Assembly: GCA_964016885.1 (NCBI GenBank)
Contig: OZ024743.1
Span: forward strand, 209,808,001 to 209,872,000
Direction of reading: 5' to 3'
Length of the DNA: 64,000 nucleotides
DNA from: Eledone cirrhosa
Taxonomy: Eukaryota
Part shown: positions 30,401-46,200 of the stretch, in pieces
Position numbering within the stretch: the stretch's first letter is position 1
Layout of the letters: each line of letters starts with the position of its first letter
Program-made: the position numbers and the translations under genes
Notes under the pieces: model-generated
What the model was told of the DNA's origin: nothing
The model's database searches: none
The model's input: the letters and a program-made list of their open reading frames with translations, nothing else

Positions 30401-33400
30401 TACCATCCTATAGTCACACATGAAAGCTCTTCACTCCATAAGATATACCACAGTTTACCATCCTATAGCCACACATGAAAGCTCTTCACTCCATAAGATA
30501 TCCCACAGTTTACCATCATATAGCCACACATGAAAGCTCTTCACTCCATAAGATATACCACAGTTTACCATCCTATAGCCAGATGAAAGCTCTTCACTCC
30601 ATAAGATATACCACAGTTTACCATCCTATAGCCACAGATGAAAGCTCTTCACTCCATAAGATATACCACAGTTTACCATCCTATAGCCACAGATGAAAGC
30701 TCTTCACTCCATAAGATATACCACAGTTTACCATCCTATAGCCACAGATGAAAGCTCTTCACTCCATAAGATATACCACAGTTTACCATCCTATAGTCAC
30801 AGATGAAAGCTGTTCACTCCATAAGATATACGACAGTTTACCATCCTATAGCCACAGATGAAAGCTGTTCACTCCATAAGATATACGACAGTTTACCATC
30901 CTATAGCTAGATGAGAGCTCTTCACTCCATAAGATATACCACAGTTTAACATCCTATAGCCACAGATGAAAGCTCTTCACTCCATAAGATATACCACAGT
31001 TTACCATCCTATAGCCAGATGAAAGCTCTTCACTCCATAAGATATACCACAGTTTACCATCCTATAGCCACAGATGAAAGCTCTTCACTCCATAAGATAT
31101 ACCACAGTTTACCATCCTATAGCCACACATGAAAGCTCTTCACTCCATAAGATATACCACAGTTTACCATCCTATAGCCACACATGAAAGCTCTTCACTC
31201 CATAAGATATACCACAGTTTACCATCCTATAGCCACAGATGAAAGCTCTTCACTCCATAAGATATACCACAGTTTACCATCCTATAGCCACAGATGAAAG
31301 CTCTTCACCCCATAAGATATACCACAGTTTACCATCCTATTGCCACGCATGAAAGCTCTTCACACCATAAGATATACCACAGTTTACCATCCTATAGCCA
31401 CACATGAAAGCTCTTCACTCCATAAGATATACCACAGTTTACCATCCTATAGCCAGATGAAAGCTCTTCACTCCATAAGATATACGACAGTTTACCATCC
31501 TATAGCCACACATGAAATCTCTTCACTCGATAAGATATACCTCAGTTTACCATCCTATAGCCACAGATGAAAGCTCTTCACTTCATAAGATATACCACAG
31601 TTTACCATCCTATAGCCACATATGAAAGCTCTTCACGCCATAAGATATACCTCAGTTTACCATCCTATAGCCACAGATGGAAGCTCTTCACTCCATAAGA
31701 TATACCACAGTTTACTCTCCTATAGCCACACATGAGAGCTCTTCACTCCATAAGATATACCACAGTTTACCATCCTATGGCCACACATGAAAGCTCTTCA
31801 CCCCAAAAGATATACCACAGTTTACCATCCTATAGCCAGATGAAAGCTCTTCACTCCGTAAAATATACCACAGTTTACCATCCTATAGCCACACATGAAA
31901 GCTCTTCACTCCATAAGATATACCACAGTTTACCATCCTATAGCCACACATGAGAGCTCTTCACTCTATAAGATATACCACAGTTTACCATCCTATAGCC
32001 ACACATGAAAGCTCTTCACTCCATGAGATATACCACTGTTTACCATCCTATGGCCACACATGAAAGCTCTTCACTCCATAAGATATACCACAGTTTATCA
32101 TCCTATAGCCAGATGAAAGCTCTTCACTCCATAAGATATACCACAGTTTACCACACTATAGCCACACTTGAAAGCTCTTCACTCCATGAGATATACCACA
32201 GTTTACCATCCTATAGCCACGCCACGGAAGAAAGCTCTTCACTCCATAAGGTATACCACAGTTTACAATCCTATAGCCACAGATGAAAGCTCTTCACTCC
32301 ATGAGATATACCACAGTTTACCATCCTATGGCCACAGATGAATGCTCTTCACTCCATAAGATATACCACAGTTTACCATCCTATAGCCACAGATGAGAGC
32401 TCTTCACTCCATAAGATATACCACAGTTTACCATCCTATAGCCACACATGAAAGCTCTTCACTCCATAAGATATACCACAGTTTACCATCCTATAGCCAC
32501 GCCACGGATGAAAGCTATTCACTCCATAAGATATACCACAGTTTACCATCCTATAGTCACACATGAAAGCTCTTCACTCCATAAGATATAACACAGTTTA
32601 CCATCCTATGGCCACACATGAAAGCTCTTCACCCCATAAGATATACCACAGTTTACCATCCTATAGCCAGATGAAAGCTCTTCACTCCGTAAAATATACC
32701 ACAGTTTACCATCCTATAGCCACACATGAAAGCTCTTCACTTCTTAAGATATACCACAGTTTACCATCCTATAGCCAGATGAAAGCTCTTCACTCCATAA
32801 GATATACCACAGTTTACCATCCTATAGCCACACATGAAATCTCTTCACTCCATAAGATATACCTCAGTTTACCATCCTATAGCCACAGATGAAAGCTCTT
32901 CACTCCATAAGATATACCACAGTTTACCATCCTATAGCCACACATGAAAGCTCTTCACGCCATAAGATATACCTCAGTTTACCATCCTATAGCCACAGAT
33001 GAAAGCTCTTCACTCCATAAGATATACCACTGTTTACCATCCTATGGCCACACATGAAAGCACTTCACTCCATAAGATATACCACAGTTTACCATCCTAT
33101 AGCCAGATGAAAGCTCTTCACTCCATAAAATATACCACAGTTTACCATCCTATAGCCACACATGAAATCTCTTCACTCGATAAGATATACCTCAGTTTAC
33201 CATCCTATAGCCACAGATGAAATCTCTTCACTCCATAAATATACCACAGTTTACCATCCTATAGCCACACATGAAAGCTCTTCACTCCATAAGATATACC
33301 ACAGTTTACCATCCTATAGCCACAGATGAAAGCTCATCACTCCATAAGATATACCACAGTTTACCATCCTATAGCCACACATGAAAGCTCTTCACTCCAT

Positions 33401-36400
33401 AAGATATACCACAGTTTACCATCCTATAGCCACACATGAAAGCTCTTCACTCCATAAGATATCCCACAGTTTACCATCATATAGCCACACATGAAAGCTC
33501 TTCACTCCATAAGATATACCACAGTTTACCATCCTATAGCCAGATGAAAGCTCTTCACTCCATAAGATATACCACAGTTTACCATCCTATAGCCACAGAT
33601 GAAAGCTCTTCACTCCATAAGATATACCACAGTTTACCATCCTATAGCCACAGATGAAAGCTCTTCACTCCATAAGATATACCACAGTTTACCATCCTAT
33701 AGCCACAGATGAAAGCTCTTCACTCCATAAGATATACCACAGTTTACCATCCTATAGTCACAGATGAAAGCTGTTCACTCCATAAGATATACGACAGTTT
33801 ACCATCCTATAGCCACAGATGAAAGCTGTTCACTCCATAAGATATACGACAGTTTACCATCCTATAGCTAGATGAAAGCTCTTCACTCCATAAGATATAC
33901 CACAGTTTACCATCCTATAGCCACAGATGAAAGCTCTTCACTCCATAAGATATACCATAGTTTACCATCCTATAGCCACACATGAAAGCTCTTCACTCCA
34001 TAAGATATACCACAGTTTACCATCCTATAGCCACACATGAAAGCTCTTCACTCCATAAGATATACCACAGTTTACCATCCTATAGCCACAGATGAAAGCT
34101 CTTCACTCCATAAGATATACCACAGTTTACCATCCTATAGCCACAGATGAAAGCTCTTCACCCCATAAGATATACCACAGTTTACCATCCTATTGCCACG
34201 CATGAAAGCTCTTCACTCCATAAGATATACCACAGTTTACCATCCTATAGCCACACATGAAAGCTCTTCACTCCATAAGATATACCTCAGTTTACCATCC
34301 TATAGCTACAGATGGAAGCTCTTCACTCCATAAGATATACCACAGTTTACCATCCTATAGCCACACATGAAATCTCTTCACTCCATAAGATATACCTCAG
34401 TTTACCATCCTATAGCCACAGATGAAAGCTCTTCACTCCATAAGATATACCACAGTTTACCATCCTATAGCCACATATGAAAGCTCTTCACGCCATAAGA
34501 TATACCTCAGTTTACCATCCTATAGCCACAGATGAAAGCTCTTCACTCCATAAGATATACCACAGTTTACTATCCTATAGCCACACATGAGAGCTCTTCA
34601 CTCCATAAGATATACCACAGTTTTCCATCCTATGGCCACACATGAAAGCTCTTCACCCCATAAGATATACCACAGTTTACCATCCTATAGCCAGATGAAA
34701 GCTCTTCACTCCGTAAAATATACCACAGTTTACCATCCTATAGCCACAGATGAAAGCTCTTCACTCCATAAGATATACCACAGTTGACCATCCTATAGCC
34801 ACACATGAGAGCTCTTCACTCCATAAGATACACCACAGTTTACCATCCTATAGCCACACATGAAAGCTCTTCACTCCATAAGATATACCACTGTTTACCA
34901 TCCTATGGCCACACATGAAAGCACTTCACTCCATAAGATATACCACAGTTTACCATCCTATAGCCAGATGAAAGCTCTTCACTCCATAAAATATACCACA
35001 GTTTACCATCCTATAGCCACACATGAAATCTCTTCACTCGATAAGATATACCTCAGTTTACCATCCTATAGCCACAGATGAAATCTCTTCACTCCATAAG
35101 ATATACCACAGTTTACCATCCTATAGCCACACATGAGAGCTCTTCACTCCATAAGATATACCACAGTTTACCATCCTATAGCCACAGATGAAAGCTCATC
35201 ACTCCATAAGATATACCACAGTTTACCATCTTATGGCCACACATGAAAGCTCTTCACCCCATAAGATATACATCAGTTTACCATCCTATAGCCACAGATG
35301 AAAGCTCTTCACTCCATAAGATATACCACAGTTTACCATCCTATAGCCACACATGAAAGCTCTTCACTCCATAAGATATACCACAGTTTACCATCCTATG
35401 GCCACACATGAAAGCTCTTCACCCCATAAGATATACCACAGTTTACCATCCTATAGCCACACATGAAAGCTCTTCACTCCATAAGATATACCACAGTTTA
35501 CCATCCTATAGCCACACATGAGAGCTCTTCACTCCATAAGATATACCACAGTTTACCATCCTATAGCCACAGATGAAAGCTCATCACTCCATAAGATATA
35601 CCACAGTTTACCATCTTATGGCCACACATGAAAGCTCTTCACCCCATAAGATATACCTCAGTTTACCATCCTATAGCCACAGATGAAAGCTCTTCACTCC
35701 ATAACATATACCACAGTTTACCATCCTATAGCCACACATGAAAGCTCTTCACTCCATAAGATATACCACAGTTTACCATCCTATAGCCACACATGAAAGC
35801 TCTTCACCCCTTAAGATATACCACAGTTTACCATCCTATTGCCAGACATGAAAGTTCTTCACTCGATAAGATATACCACAGTTTACCATCCAATAGCCAC
35901 ACATGAAAGCTCTTCACTCCATAAGATATACCACAGTTTACCATCCTATAGCCAGATGAAAGCTCTTCACTCCATAAGATATACGACAGTTTACCATCCT
36001 ATAGCCACACATGAAATCTCTTCAATCCATAAGATATACCCCAGTTTACCATCCTATAGCCAGATGAAAGCTCTTCACTCCATAAGATATACCACAGTTT
36101 ACCACCCTATAGCCACAGATGAAAGCTCTTCACTCCATGAGATATACCACAGTTTATCATCCTATAGGCACGCCACGGATGAAAGCTCTTCACTCCATAA
36201 GATATACGACAGTTTACCATCCTATAGCCAGATGAAAGCTCTTCACTCAATAAGATATACCACAGTTTACCATCCTATAGCCACACATGAAAGCTCTTCA
36301 CTCGATAAGATATACCACAGTTTACCATCCTATAGCCACACATGAAAGCTCTTCACTCCATAAGATATACCACAGTTTACCATCCTATAGCCACACATGA

Positions 36401-39290
36401 AAGCTCTTCACTCCATAAGATATCCCACAGTTTACCATCATATAGCCACACATGAAAGCTCTTCACTCCATAAGATATACCACAGTTTACCATCCTATAG
36501 CCAGATGAAAGCTCTTCACTCCATAAGATATACCACAGTTTACCATCCTATAGCCACAGATGAAAGCTCTTCACTCCATAAGATATACCACAGTTTACCA
36601 TCCTATAGCCACAGATGAAAGCTCTTCACTCCATAAGATATACCACAGTTTACCATCCTATAGCCACAGATGAAAGCTCTTCACTCCATAAGATATACCA
36701 CAGTTTACCATCCTATAGTCACAGATGAAAGCTGTTCACTCCATAAGATATACGACAGTTTACCATCCTATAGCCACAGATGAAAGCTGTTCACTCCATA
36801 AGATATACGACAGTTTACCATCCTATAGCTAGATGAAAGCTCTTCACTCCATAAGATATACCACAGTTTAACATCCTATAGCCACAGATGAAAGCTCTTC
36901 ACTCCATAAGATATACCACAGTTTACCATCCTATAGCCAGATGAAAGCTCTTCACTCCATAAGATATACCACAGTTTACCATCCTATAGCCACAGATGAA
37001 AGCTCTTCACTCCATAAGATATACCACAGTTTACCATCCTATAGCCACACATGAAAGCTCTTCACTCCATAAGATATACCACAGTTTACCATCCTATAGC
37101 CACACATGAAAGCTCTTCACTCCATAAGATATACCACAGTTTACCATCCTATAGCCACAGATGAAAGCTCTTCACTCCATAAGATATACCACAGTTTACC
37201 ATCCTATAGCCACAGATGAAAGCTCTTCACCCCATAAGATATACCACAGTTTACCATCCTATTGCCACGCATGAAAGCTCTTCACACCATAAGATATACC
37301 ACAGTTTACCATCCTATAGCCACACATGAAAGCTCTTCACTCCATAAGATATACCACAGTTTACCATCCTATAGCCAGATGAAAGCTCTTCACTCCATAA
37401 GATATACGACAGTTTACCATCCTATAGCCACACATGAAATCTCTTCACTCGATAAGATATACCTCAGTTTACCATCCTATAGCCACAGATGAAAGCTCTT
37501 CACTTCATAAGATATACCACAGTTTACCATCCTATAGCCACATATGAAAGCTCTTCACGCCATAAGATATACCTCAGTTTACCATCCTATAGCCACAGAT
37601 GGAAGCTCTTCACTCCATAAGATATACCACAGTTTACTCTCCTATAGCCACACATGAGAGCTCTTCACTCCATAAGATATACCACAGTTTACCATCCTAT
37701 GGCCACACATGAAAGCTCTTCACCCCAAAAGATATACCACAGTTTACCATCCTATAGCCAGATGAAAGCTCTTCACTCCGTAAAATATACCACAGTTTAC
37801 CATCCTATAGCCACACATGAAAGCTCTTCACTCCATAAGATATACCACAGTTTACCATCCTATAGCCACACATGAGAGCTCTTCACTCTATAAGATATAC
37901 CACAGTTTACCATCCTATAGCCACACATGAAAGCTCTTCACTCCATGAGATATACCACTGTTTACCATCCTATGGCCACACATGAAAGCTCTTCACTCCA
38001 TAAGATATACCACAGTTTATCATCCTATAGCCAGATGAAAGCTCTTCACTCCATAAGATATACCACAGTTTACCACACTATAGCCACACTTGAAAGCTCT
38101 TCACTCCATGAGATATACCACAGTTTACCATCCTATAGCCACGCCACGGAAGAAAGCTCTTCACTCCATAAGGTATACCACAGTTTACAATCCTATAGCC
38201 ACAGATGAAAGCTCTTCACTCCATGAGATATACCACAGTTTACCATCCTATGGCCACAGATGAATGCTCTTCACTCCATAAGATATACCACAGTTTACCA
38301 TCCTATAGCCACAGATGAGAGCTCTTCACTCCATAAGATATACCACAGTTTACCATCCTATAGCCACACATGAAAGCTCTTCACTCCATAAGATATACCA
38401 CAGTTTACCATCCTATAGCCACGCCACGGATGAAAGCTATTCACTCCATAAGATATACCACAGTTTACCATCCTATAGTCACACATGAAAGCTCTTCACT
38501 CCATAAGATATAACACAGTTTACCATCCTATGGCCACACATGAAAGCTCTTCACCCCATAAGATATACCACAGTTTACCATCCTATAGCCTGATGAAAGC
38601 TCTTCACTCCGTAAAATATACCACAGTTTACCATCCTATAGCCACACATGAAAGCTCTTCACTTCTTAAGATATACCACAGTTTACCATCCTATAGCCAG
38701 ATGAAAGCTCTTCACTCCATATGATATACCACAGTTTACCATCCTATAGCCACACATGAAATCTCTTCACTCCATAAGATATACCTCAGTTTACCATCCT
38801 ATAGCCACAGATGAAAGCTCTTCACTCCATAAGATATACCACAGTTTACCATCCTATAGCCACACATGAAAGCTCTTCACGCCATAAGATATACCTCAGT
38901 TTACCATCCTATAGCCACAGATGAAAGCTCTTCACTCCATAAGATATACCACTGTTTACCATCCTATGGCCACACATGAAAGCACTTCACTCCATAAGAT
39001 ATACCACAGTTTACCATCCTATAGCCAGATGAAAGCTCTTCACTCCATAAAATATACCACAGTTTACCATCCTATAGCCACACATGAAATCTCTTCACTC
39101 GATAAGATATACCTCAGTTTACCATCCTATAGCCACAGATGAAATCTCTTCACTCCATAAATATACCACAGTTTACCATCCTATAGCCACACATGAAAGC
39201 TCTTCACTCCATAAGATATACCACAGTTTACCATCCTATAGCCACAGATGAAAGCTCATCACTCCATAAGATATACCACAGTTTACCATC
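27442..39290 (+). repeat. Near-perfect tandem duplication, period 5922 bp (108 monomers)
   Basis: Ten consecutive ORF pairs sit at +5922, from 27514/33436 through 32999/38921. Both copies carry the 1-bp deletion CCATAAATATACC (~33238/39160). The length fits 108x55 - 16x2 + 3x5 - 1, matching the sixteen 53-mers, three 60-mers and one 54-mer I counted. Confidence 0.95.
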
Positions 39291-40269
39291 TTATGGCCAC
39301 ACATGAAAGCTCTTCACCCCATAAGATATACCTCAGTTTACCATCCTATAGCCACAGATGAAAGCTCTTCACTCCATAAGATATACCACAGTTTACCATC
39401 CTATAGCCACACATGAAAGCTCTTCACTCCATAAGATATACCACAGTTTACCATCCTATGGCCACACATGAAAGCTCTTCACCCCATAAGATATACCACA
39501 GTTTACCATCCTATAGCCACAGATGAAAGCTCTTCACCCCATAAGATATACCAGAGTTTACCATCCTATAGCCACACATGAAAGCTCTTCACCCCATAAG
39601 ATATACCACAGTTTACCATCCTATTGCCAGACATGAAAGTTCTTCACTCGATAAGATATACCACAGTTTACCATCCAATAGCCACACATGAAAGCTCTTC
39701 ACTCCATAAGATATACCACAGTTTACCATCCTATAGCCACACATGAAAGCTCTTCACTCCATAAGATATACGACAGTTTACCATCCTATAGCCACACATG
39801 AAATCTCTTCAATCCATAAGATATACCCCAGTTTACCATCCTATAGCCAGATGAAAGCTCTTCACTCCATAAGATATACCACAGTTTACCACCCTATAGC
39901 CACAGATGAAAGCTCTTCACTCCATGAGATATACCACAGTTTACCATCCTATAGCCACGCCACGGATGAAAGCTCTTCACTCCATAAGATATACGACAGT
40001 TTACCATCCTATAGCCAGATGAAAGCTCTTCACTCAATAAGATATACCACAGTTTACCATCCTATAGCCACACATGAAAGCTCTTCACTCGATAAGATAT
40101 ACCACAGTTTACCATCCTATAGCCACACATGAAAGCTCTTCACTCCATAAGATATACCACAGTTTACCATCCTATAGCCACACATGAAAGCTCTTCACTC
40201 CATAAGATATCCCACAGTTTACCATCATATAGCCACACATGAAAGCTCTTCACTCCATAAGATATACCA

Positions 40270-43200
40270 CAGTTTACCATCCTATAGCCACAGATGAAAG
40301 CTCTTCACCCCATAAGATATACCACGGTTTACCATCCTATAGCCACACATGAAAGCTCTTCACTCCATGAGATATACCACAGTTTACCATCCTATAGCCA
40401 CACATGAGAGCTCTTCACTCTATAAGATATACCACAGTTTACCATCCTATAGCCACACATGAAAGCTCTTCACTCCATGAGATATACCACTGTTTACCAT
40501 CCTATGGCCACACATGAAAGCTCTTCACTCCATAAGATATACCACAGTTTATCATCCTATAGCCAGATGAAAGCTCTTCACTCCATAAGATATACCACAG
40601 TTTACCACACTATAGCCACAGATGAAAGCTCTTCACTCCATGAGATATACCACAGTTTACCATCCTATGGCCACAGATGAATGCTCTTCACTCCATAAGA
40701 TATACCACAGTTTACCATCCTATAGCCACAGATGAGAGCTCTTCACTCCATAAGATATACCACAGTTTACCATCCTATAGCCACACATGAAAGCTCTTCA
40801 CTCCATAAGATATACCACAGTTTACCATCCTATAGCCACGCCACGGATGAAAGCTATTCACTCCATAAGATATACCACAGTTTACCATCCTATAGTCACA
40901 CATGAAAGCTCTTCACTCCATAAGATATAACACAGTTTACCATCCTATAGCCAGGTGAAAGCTCATCACTCCATAAGATATACCACAGTTTACCATCCTA
41001 TAGCCACAGATGAAAGCTCTTCACTCCTTAAGATATACCACAGTTTACCATCTTGTAGCCACAGATGAAAGCTCTTCACTCCATAAGATATACCACAGTT
41101 TACCATCCTATAGCCACAGATGAAAGCTCTTCACTCCATATGATATACCACAGTTTACCATCCTGTAGCCACGCATGAAAGCTCTTCACTCCATAAGATA
41201 TACCACAGTTTACCATCCTATAGTCAAGCCACGGATGAAAGCTCTTCACTCCATAAGATATACCACAGTTTACCATCCTATAGTCACACATGAAAGCTCT
41301 TCATTCCATAAGATATAACACAGTTTACCATCCTATATCCAGATGAAAGCTCTTCTCTCCATAAGATATACCACAGTTTACCATCCTATAGCCACAGATG
41401 AAAGCTCTACACTCCATAAGATATACCACTGTTTACCATCCTATAGCCACACATCAGAGCTCTTCACCCCATAAGATATACCTCAGTTTACCATCCTATA
41501 GCCACAGATGAAAGCTCTTCACTCCATAAGATATACCCCAGTTTACCATCCTATAGCCAGATGAAAGCTCTTCACTCCATAAGATATACCACAGTTTACC
41601 ACCCTATAGCCACAGATGAAAGCTCTTCACTCCATGAGATATACCACAGTTTACCATCCTATAGCCACGCCACGGATGAAAGCTCTTCACTCCATAAGAT
41701 ATACGACAGTTTACCATCCTATAGCCAGATGAAAGCTCTTCACTCAATAAGATATACCACAGTTTACCATCCTATAGCCACACATGAAAGCTCTTCACTC
41801 GATAAGATATACCACAGTTTACCATCCTATAGCCACACATGAAAGCTCTTCACTCCATAAGATATACCACAGTTTACCATCCTATAGCCACACATGAAAG
41901 CTCTTCACTCCATAAGATATCCCACAGTTTACCATCATATAGCCACACATGAAAGCTCTTCACTCCATAAGATATACCACAGTTTACCATCCTATAGCCA
42001 GATGAAAGCTCTTCACTCCATAAGATATACCACAGTTTACCATCCTATAGCCACAGATGAAAGCTCTTCACTCCATAAGATATACCACAGTTTACCATCC
42101 TATAGCCACAGATGAAAGCTCTTCACTCCATAAGATATACCACAGTTTACCATCCTATAGCCACAGATGAAAGCTCTTCACTCCATAAGATATACCACAG
42201 TTTACCATCCTATAGTCACAGATGAAAGCTGTTCACTCCATAAGATATACGACAGTTTACCATCCTATAGCCACAGATGAAAGCTGTTCACTCCATAAGA
42301 TATACGACAGTTTACCATCCTATAGCTAGATGAAAGCTCTTCACTCCATAAGATATACCACAGTTTACCATCCTATAGCCACAGATGAAAGCTCTTCACT
42401 CCATAAGATATACCACAGTTTACCATCCTATTGCCACGCATGAAAGCTCTTCACTCCATAAGATATACCACAGTTTACCATCCTATAGCCACACATGAAA
42501 GCTCTTCACTCCATAAGATATACCACAGTTTACCATCCTATAGCCAGATGAAAGCTCTTCACTCCATAAGATATACGACAGTTTACCATCCTATAGCCAC
42601 ACATGAAATCTCTTCACTCGATAAGATATACCTCAGTTTACCATCCTATAGCCACAGATGAAAGCTCTTCACTTCATAAGATATACCACAGTTTACCATC
42701 CTATAGCCACATATGAAAGCTCTTCACGCCATAAGATATACCTCAGTTTACCATCCTATAGCCACAGATGGAAGCTCTTCACTCCATAAGATATACCACA
42801 GTTTACTCTCCTATAGCCACACATGAGAGCTCTTCACTCCATAAGATATACCACAGTTTACCATCCTATGGCCACACATGAAAGCTCTTCACCCCAAAAG
42901 ATATACCACAGTTTACCATCCTATAGCCAGATGAAAGCTCTTCACTCCGTAAAATATACCACAGTTTACCATCCTATAGCCACACATGAAAGCTCTTCAC
43001 TCCATAAGATATACCACCGTTTACCATCCTATAGCCACACATGAGAGCTCTTCACTCTATAAGATATACCACAGTTTACCATCCTATAGCCACACATGAA
43101 AGCTCTTCACTCCATGAGATATACCACTGTTTACCATCCTATGGCCACACATGAAAGCTCTTCACTCCATAAGATATACCACAGTTTATCATCCTATAGC

Positions 43201-46200
43201 CAGATGAAAGCTCTTCACTCCATAAGATATACCACAGTTTACCACACTATAGCCACACTTGAAAGCTCTTCACTCCATGAGATATACCACAGTTTACCAT
43301 CCTATAGCCACCGATGAAAGCTCTTCACTCCATAAGATATACCACAGTTTACCATCCTATAGCCACAGATGAAAGCTCTTCACTCCATAAGATATACCAC
43401 AGTTTACCATCCTATAGCCACAGATGAAAGCTGTTCACTCCATAAGATATACCACAGTTTACCATCCTATAGCCACAGATGAAAGCTGTTCACTCCATAA
43501 GATATACGACAGTTTACCATCCTATAGCCAGATGAAAGCTCTTCACTCCATAAGATATACCACAGTTTACCATCCTATAGCCACAGATGAAAGCTGTTCA
43601 CTCCAAAAGATATACCACAGTTTACCATCCTATAGCCACAGATGAAAGCTCTTCACTTCATAAGATATACCACAGTTTACCATCCTATAGCCACACATGA
43701 AAGCTCTTCACTCCATAAGATATACCACAGTTTACCATCCTATAGCCACAGATGAAAGCTCTTCACCCCATAAGATATACCACGGTTTACCATCCTATAG
43801 CCACACATGAAAGCCCTTCACTCCATGAGATATACCACAGTTTACCATCCTATAGCCACACATGAGAGCTCTTCACTCTATAAGATATACCACAGTTTAC
43901 CATCCTATAGCCACACATGAAAGCTCTTCACTCCATGAGATATACCACTGTTTACCATCCTATGGCCACACATGAAAGCTCTTCACTCCATAAGATATAC
44001 CACAGTTTATCATCCTATAGCCAGATGAAAGCTCTTCACTCCATAAGATATACCACAGTTTACCACACTATAGCCACAGATGAAAGCTCTTCACTCCATG
44101 AGATATACCACAGTTTACCATCCTATGGCCACAGATGAATGCTCTTCACTCCATAAGATATACCACAGTTTACCATCCTATAGCCACAGATGAGAGCTCT
44201 TCACTCCATAAGATATACCACAGTTTACCATCCTATAGCCACACATGAAAGCTCTTCACTCCATAAGATATACCACAGTTTACCATCCTATAGCCACGCC
44301 ACGGATGAAAGCTATTCACTCCATAAGATATACCACAGTTTACCATCCTATAGTCACACATGAAAGCTCTTCACTCCATAAGATATAACACAGTTTACCA
44401 TCCTATAGCCAGGTGAAAGCTCATCACTCAATAAGATATACCACAGTTTACCATCCTATAGCCACAGATGAAAGCTCTTCACTCCTTAAGATATACCACA
44501 GTTTACCATCTTGTAGCCACAGATGAAAGCTCTTCACTCCATAAGATATACCACAGTTTACCATCCTATAGCCACAGATGAAAGCTCTTCACTCCATATG
44601 ATATACCACAGTTTACCATCCTGTAGCCACGCATGAAAGCTCTTCACTCCATAAGATATACCACAGTTTACCATCCTATAGTCAAGCCACGGATGAAAGC
44701 TCTTCACTCCATAAGATATACCACAGTTTACCATCCTATAGTCACACATGAAAGCTCTTCATTCCATAAGATATAACACAGTTTACCATCCTATATCCAG
44801 ATGAAAGCTCTTCTCTCCATAAGATATACCACAGTTTACCATCCTATAGCCACAGATGAAAGCTCTACACTCCATAAGATATACCACTGTTTACCATCCT
44901 ATAGCCACACATCAGAGCTCTTCACCCCATAAGATATACCTCAGTTTACCATCCTATAGCCACAGATGAAAGCTCTTCACTCCATAAGATATACCACAGT
45001 TTACCATCCTATAGCCACACATGACAGCTCTTCACCCCATAAGATATACCACAGTTTACCATCCTATAGCCACACATGAAAGCTCTTCACTCCATAAGAT
45101 ATACCACAGTTTACCATCCTATAGCCACAGATGAAAGCTCATCACTCCATAAGATATACCACAGTTTACCATCCTATAGCCACAGATGAAAGCTCTTCAC
45201 TCCATAAGATATACCACAGTTTACCATCCTATAGCCACACATGAGAGCTCTTCATCCCATAAGATATACCTCAGTTTACCATCCTATAGCCACAGATGAA
45301 AGCTCTTCACTCCATAAGATATACCACAGTTTACCATCCTATAGCCACACATGAAAGCTCTTCACTCCATAAGATATACCACAGTTTACCATCCTATAGC
45401 CACACATGACAGCTCTTCACCCCATAAGATATACCACAGTTTACCATCCTATAGCCACACATGAAAGCTCTTCACTCCATAAGATATACCACAGTTTACC
45501 ATCCTATAGCCACAGATGAAAGCTCATCACTCCATAAGATATACCACAGTTTACCATCCTATAGCCACAGATGAAAGCTCTTCACTCCATAAGATATACC
45601 ACAGTTTACCATCCTATAGCCACACATGAAAGCTCTTCACTCCATAAGATATACCACAGTTTACCATCCTATGGCCACACATGAAAGCTCTTCACCCCAT
45701 AAGATATACCACAGTTTACCATCCTATAGCCACACATGAAAGCTCTTCACTCCATAAGATATACCACAGTTTACCATCCTATAGCCACACATGAAAGCTC
45801 TTCACTCCATAAGATATACCACAGTTTACCATCCTATAGCCACAGATGAAAGCTCTTCACCCCATAAGATATACCACAGTTTACCATCCTATAGCCACAC
45901 ATGAAAGCTCTTCACCCCATAAGATATACCACAGTTTACCATCCTATTGCCACACATGAAAGTTCTTCACTCGATAAAATATACCACAGTTTACCATCCA
46001 ATAGCCACACATGAAAGCTCTTCACTCCATAAAACATACCACAATTTACCATCCTATAGCCAGATGAAAGCTCTTCACTCCATAAGATATACGACAGTTT
46101 ACCATCCTATAGCCACACATGAAAGCTCTTCAATCCATAAGATATACCCCAGTTTACCATCCTATAGCCAGATGAAAGCTCTTCACTCCATAAGATATAC

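Noticed and set aside
38585-38600. CTGATGA..GAAA resembling a hammerhead ribozyme core, as in some transcribed satellites
   Set aside because: It is a singleton substitution of CAGATGA. GAAA overlaps it with no room for stem II, and no flanking helices are apparent.
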